From NCBI GenBank assembly GCA_964420965.1, contig CAYQUQ010000006.1:1-50846 (forward strand): a stretch of DNA of 50,846 bases, given 5' to 3'. Shown here one piece after another: positions 50,642 through 50,846 of the stretch. Numbering within the stretch: position 1 is the first letter of the stretch; every line of letters begins with the position of its first letter. This DNA is from an uncultured Planctomycetia bacterium. Its GTDB lineage: Bacteria; Omnitrophota; Gorgyraeia; Duberdicusellales; 4484-171. The notes under the pieces are model-generated. The model saw only the letters and a list, made by a program, of their open reading frames with translations. It was not told the DNA's origin and did not search any database. The position numbers and the translations under genes were made by a program.

Positions 50642-50797
50642 GAGGCAAATTACGAATCAGTCATTTTATTTTGAGCTTTAATTACTCAAAATAAAAAGAC
50701 AAAAAGATTGGTCGTGTTCTTGCTTTATTTTTCCAGCCAAAATCCCTATTCTTTGGTCGCAGAAAGCGAAAAAAATCGAAAAAAAAATAATTGGCGG
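50642..50797. repeat. Right arm of 156-bp perfect inverted repeat
   Basis: Matches 49179-49334; continues into an attP-like tail encoding WRSVLNKVRTYFQDR* (to 50839). Confidence 0.93.
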
Positions 50798-50846
50798 TCC
50801 GTATTAAACAAAGTTCGAACTTATTTTCAGGACCGCTAACTTAATC

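Overview
Chromosomal window from a diderm bacterium with almost all genes on the minus strand. Gene content and protein style suggest Candidatus Omnitrophota or another PVC-like lineage, which is inference only. 1-16.1 kb is one type IV filament (T4P/T2SS-like) operon: small MerR/BldC-like HTH, PilP/GspB-like protein, a secretin split into two separately exported halves, MshEN-PilB, two pilins each preceded by an unannotated WKNNK micro-membrane protein, FimT/PilV/PilW-LamG/PilX-like tip cassette, PilC, PilMN fusion, PilO and a PAS-PAS-HD-GYP enzyme. 16.4-40 kb is housekeeping: groESL with CIRCE, coaX, uvrB, nadC, valS, aroA, lspA, ileS, mtnP, proC, a pncB-pncA fusion, redox genes and DUF763. 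This region carries many different short palindromic elements, three of them inserted in-frame in valS. 40-49 kb holds two tRNA-Arg genes around an SBP/histidine kinase/receiver module, secreted hypothetical proteins and a GGQ rescue factor. The window ends with tRNA-Ser(UGA) and a large serine recombinase gene bracketed by a perfect 156-bp inverted repeat that encodes two alternative C-terminal tails. No CRISPR array or rRNA was seen.
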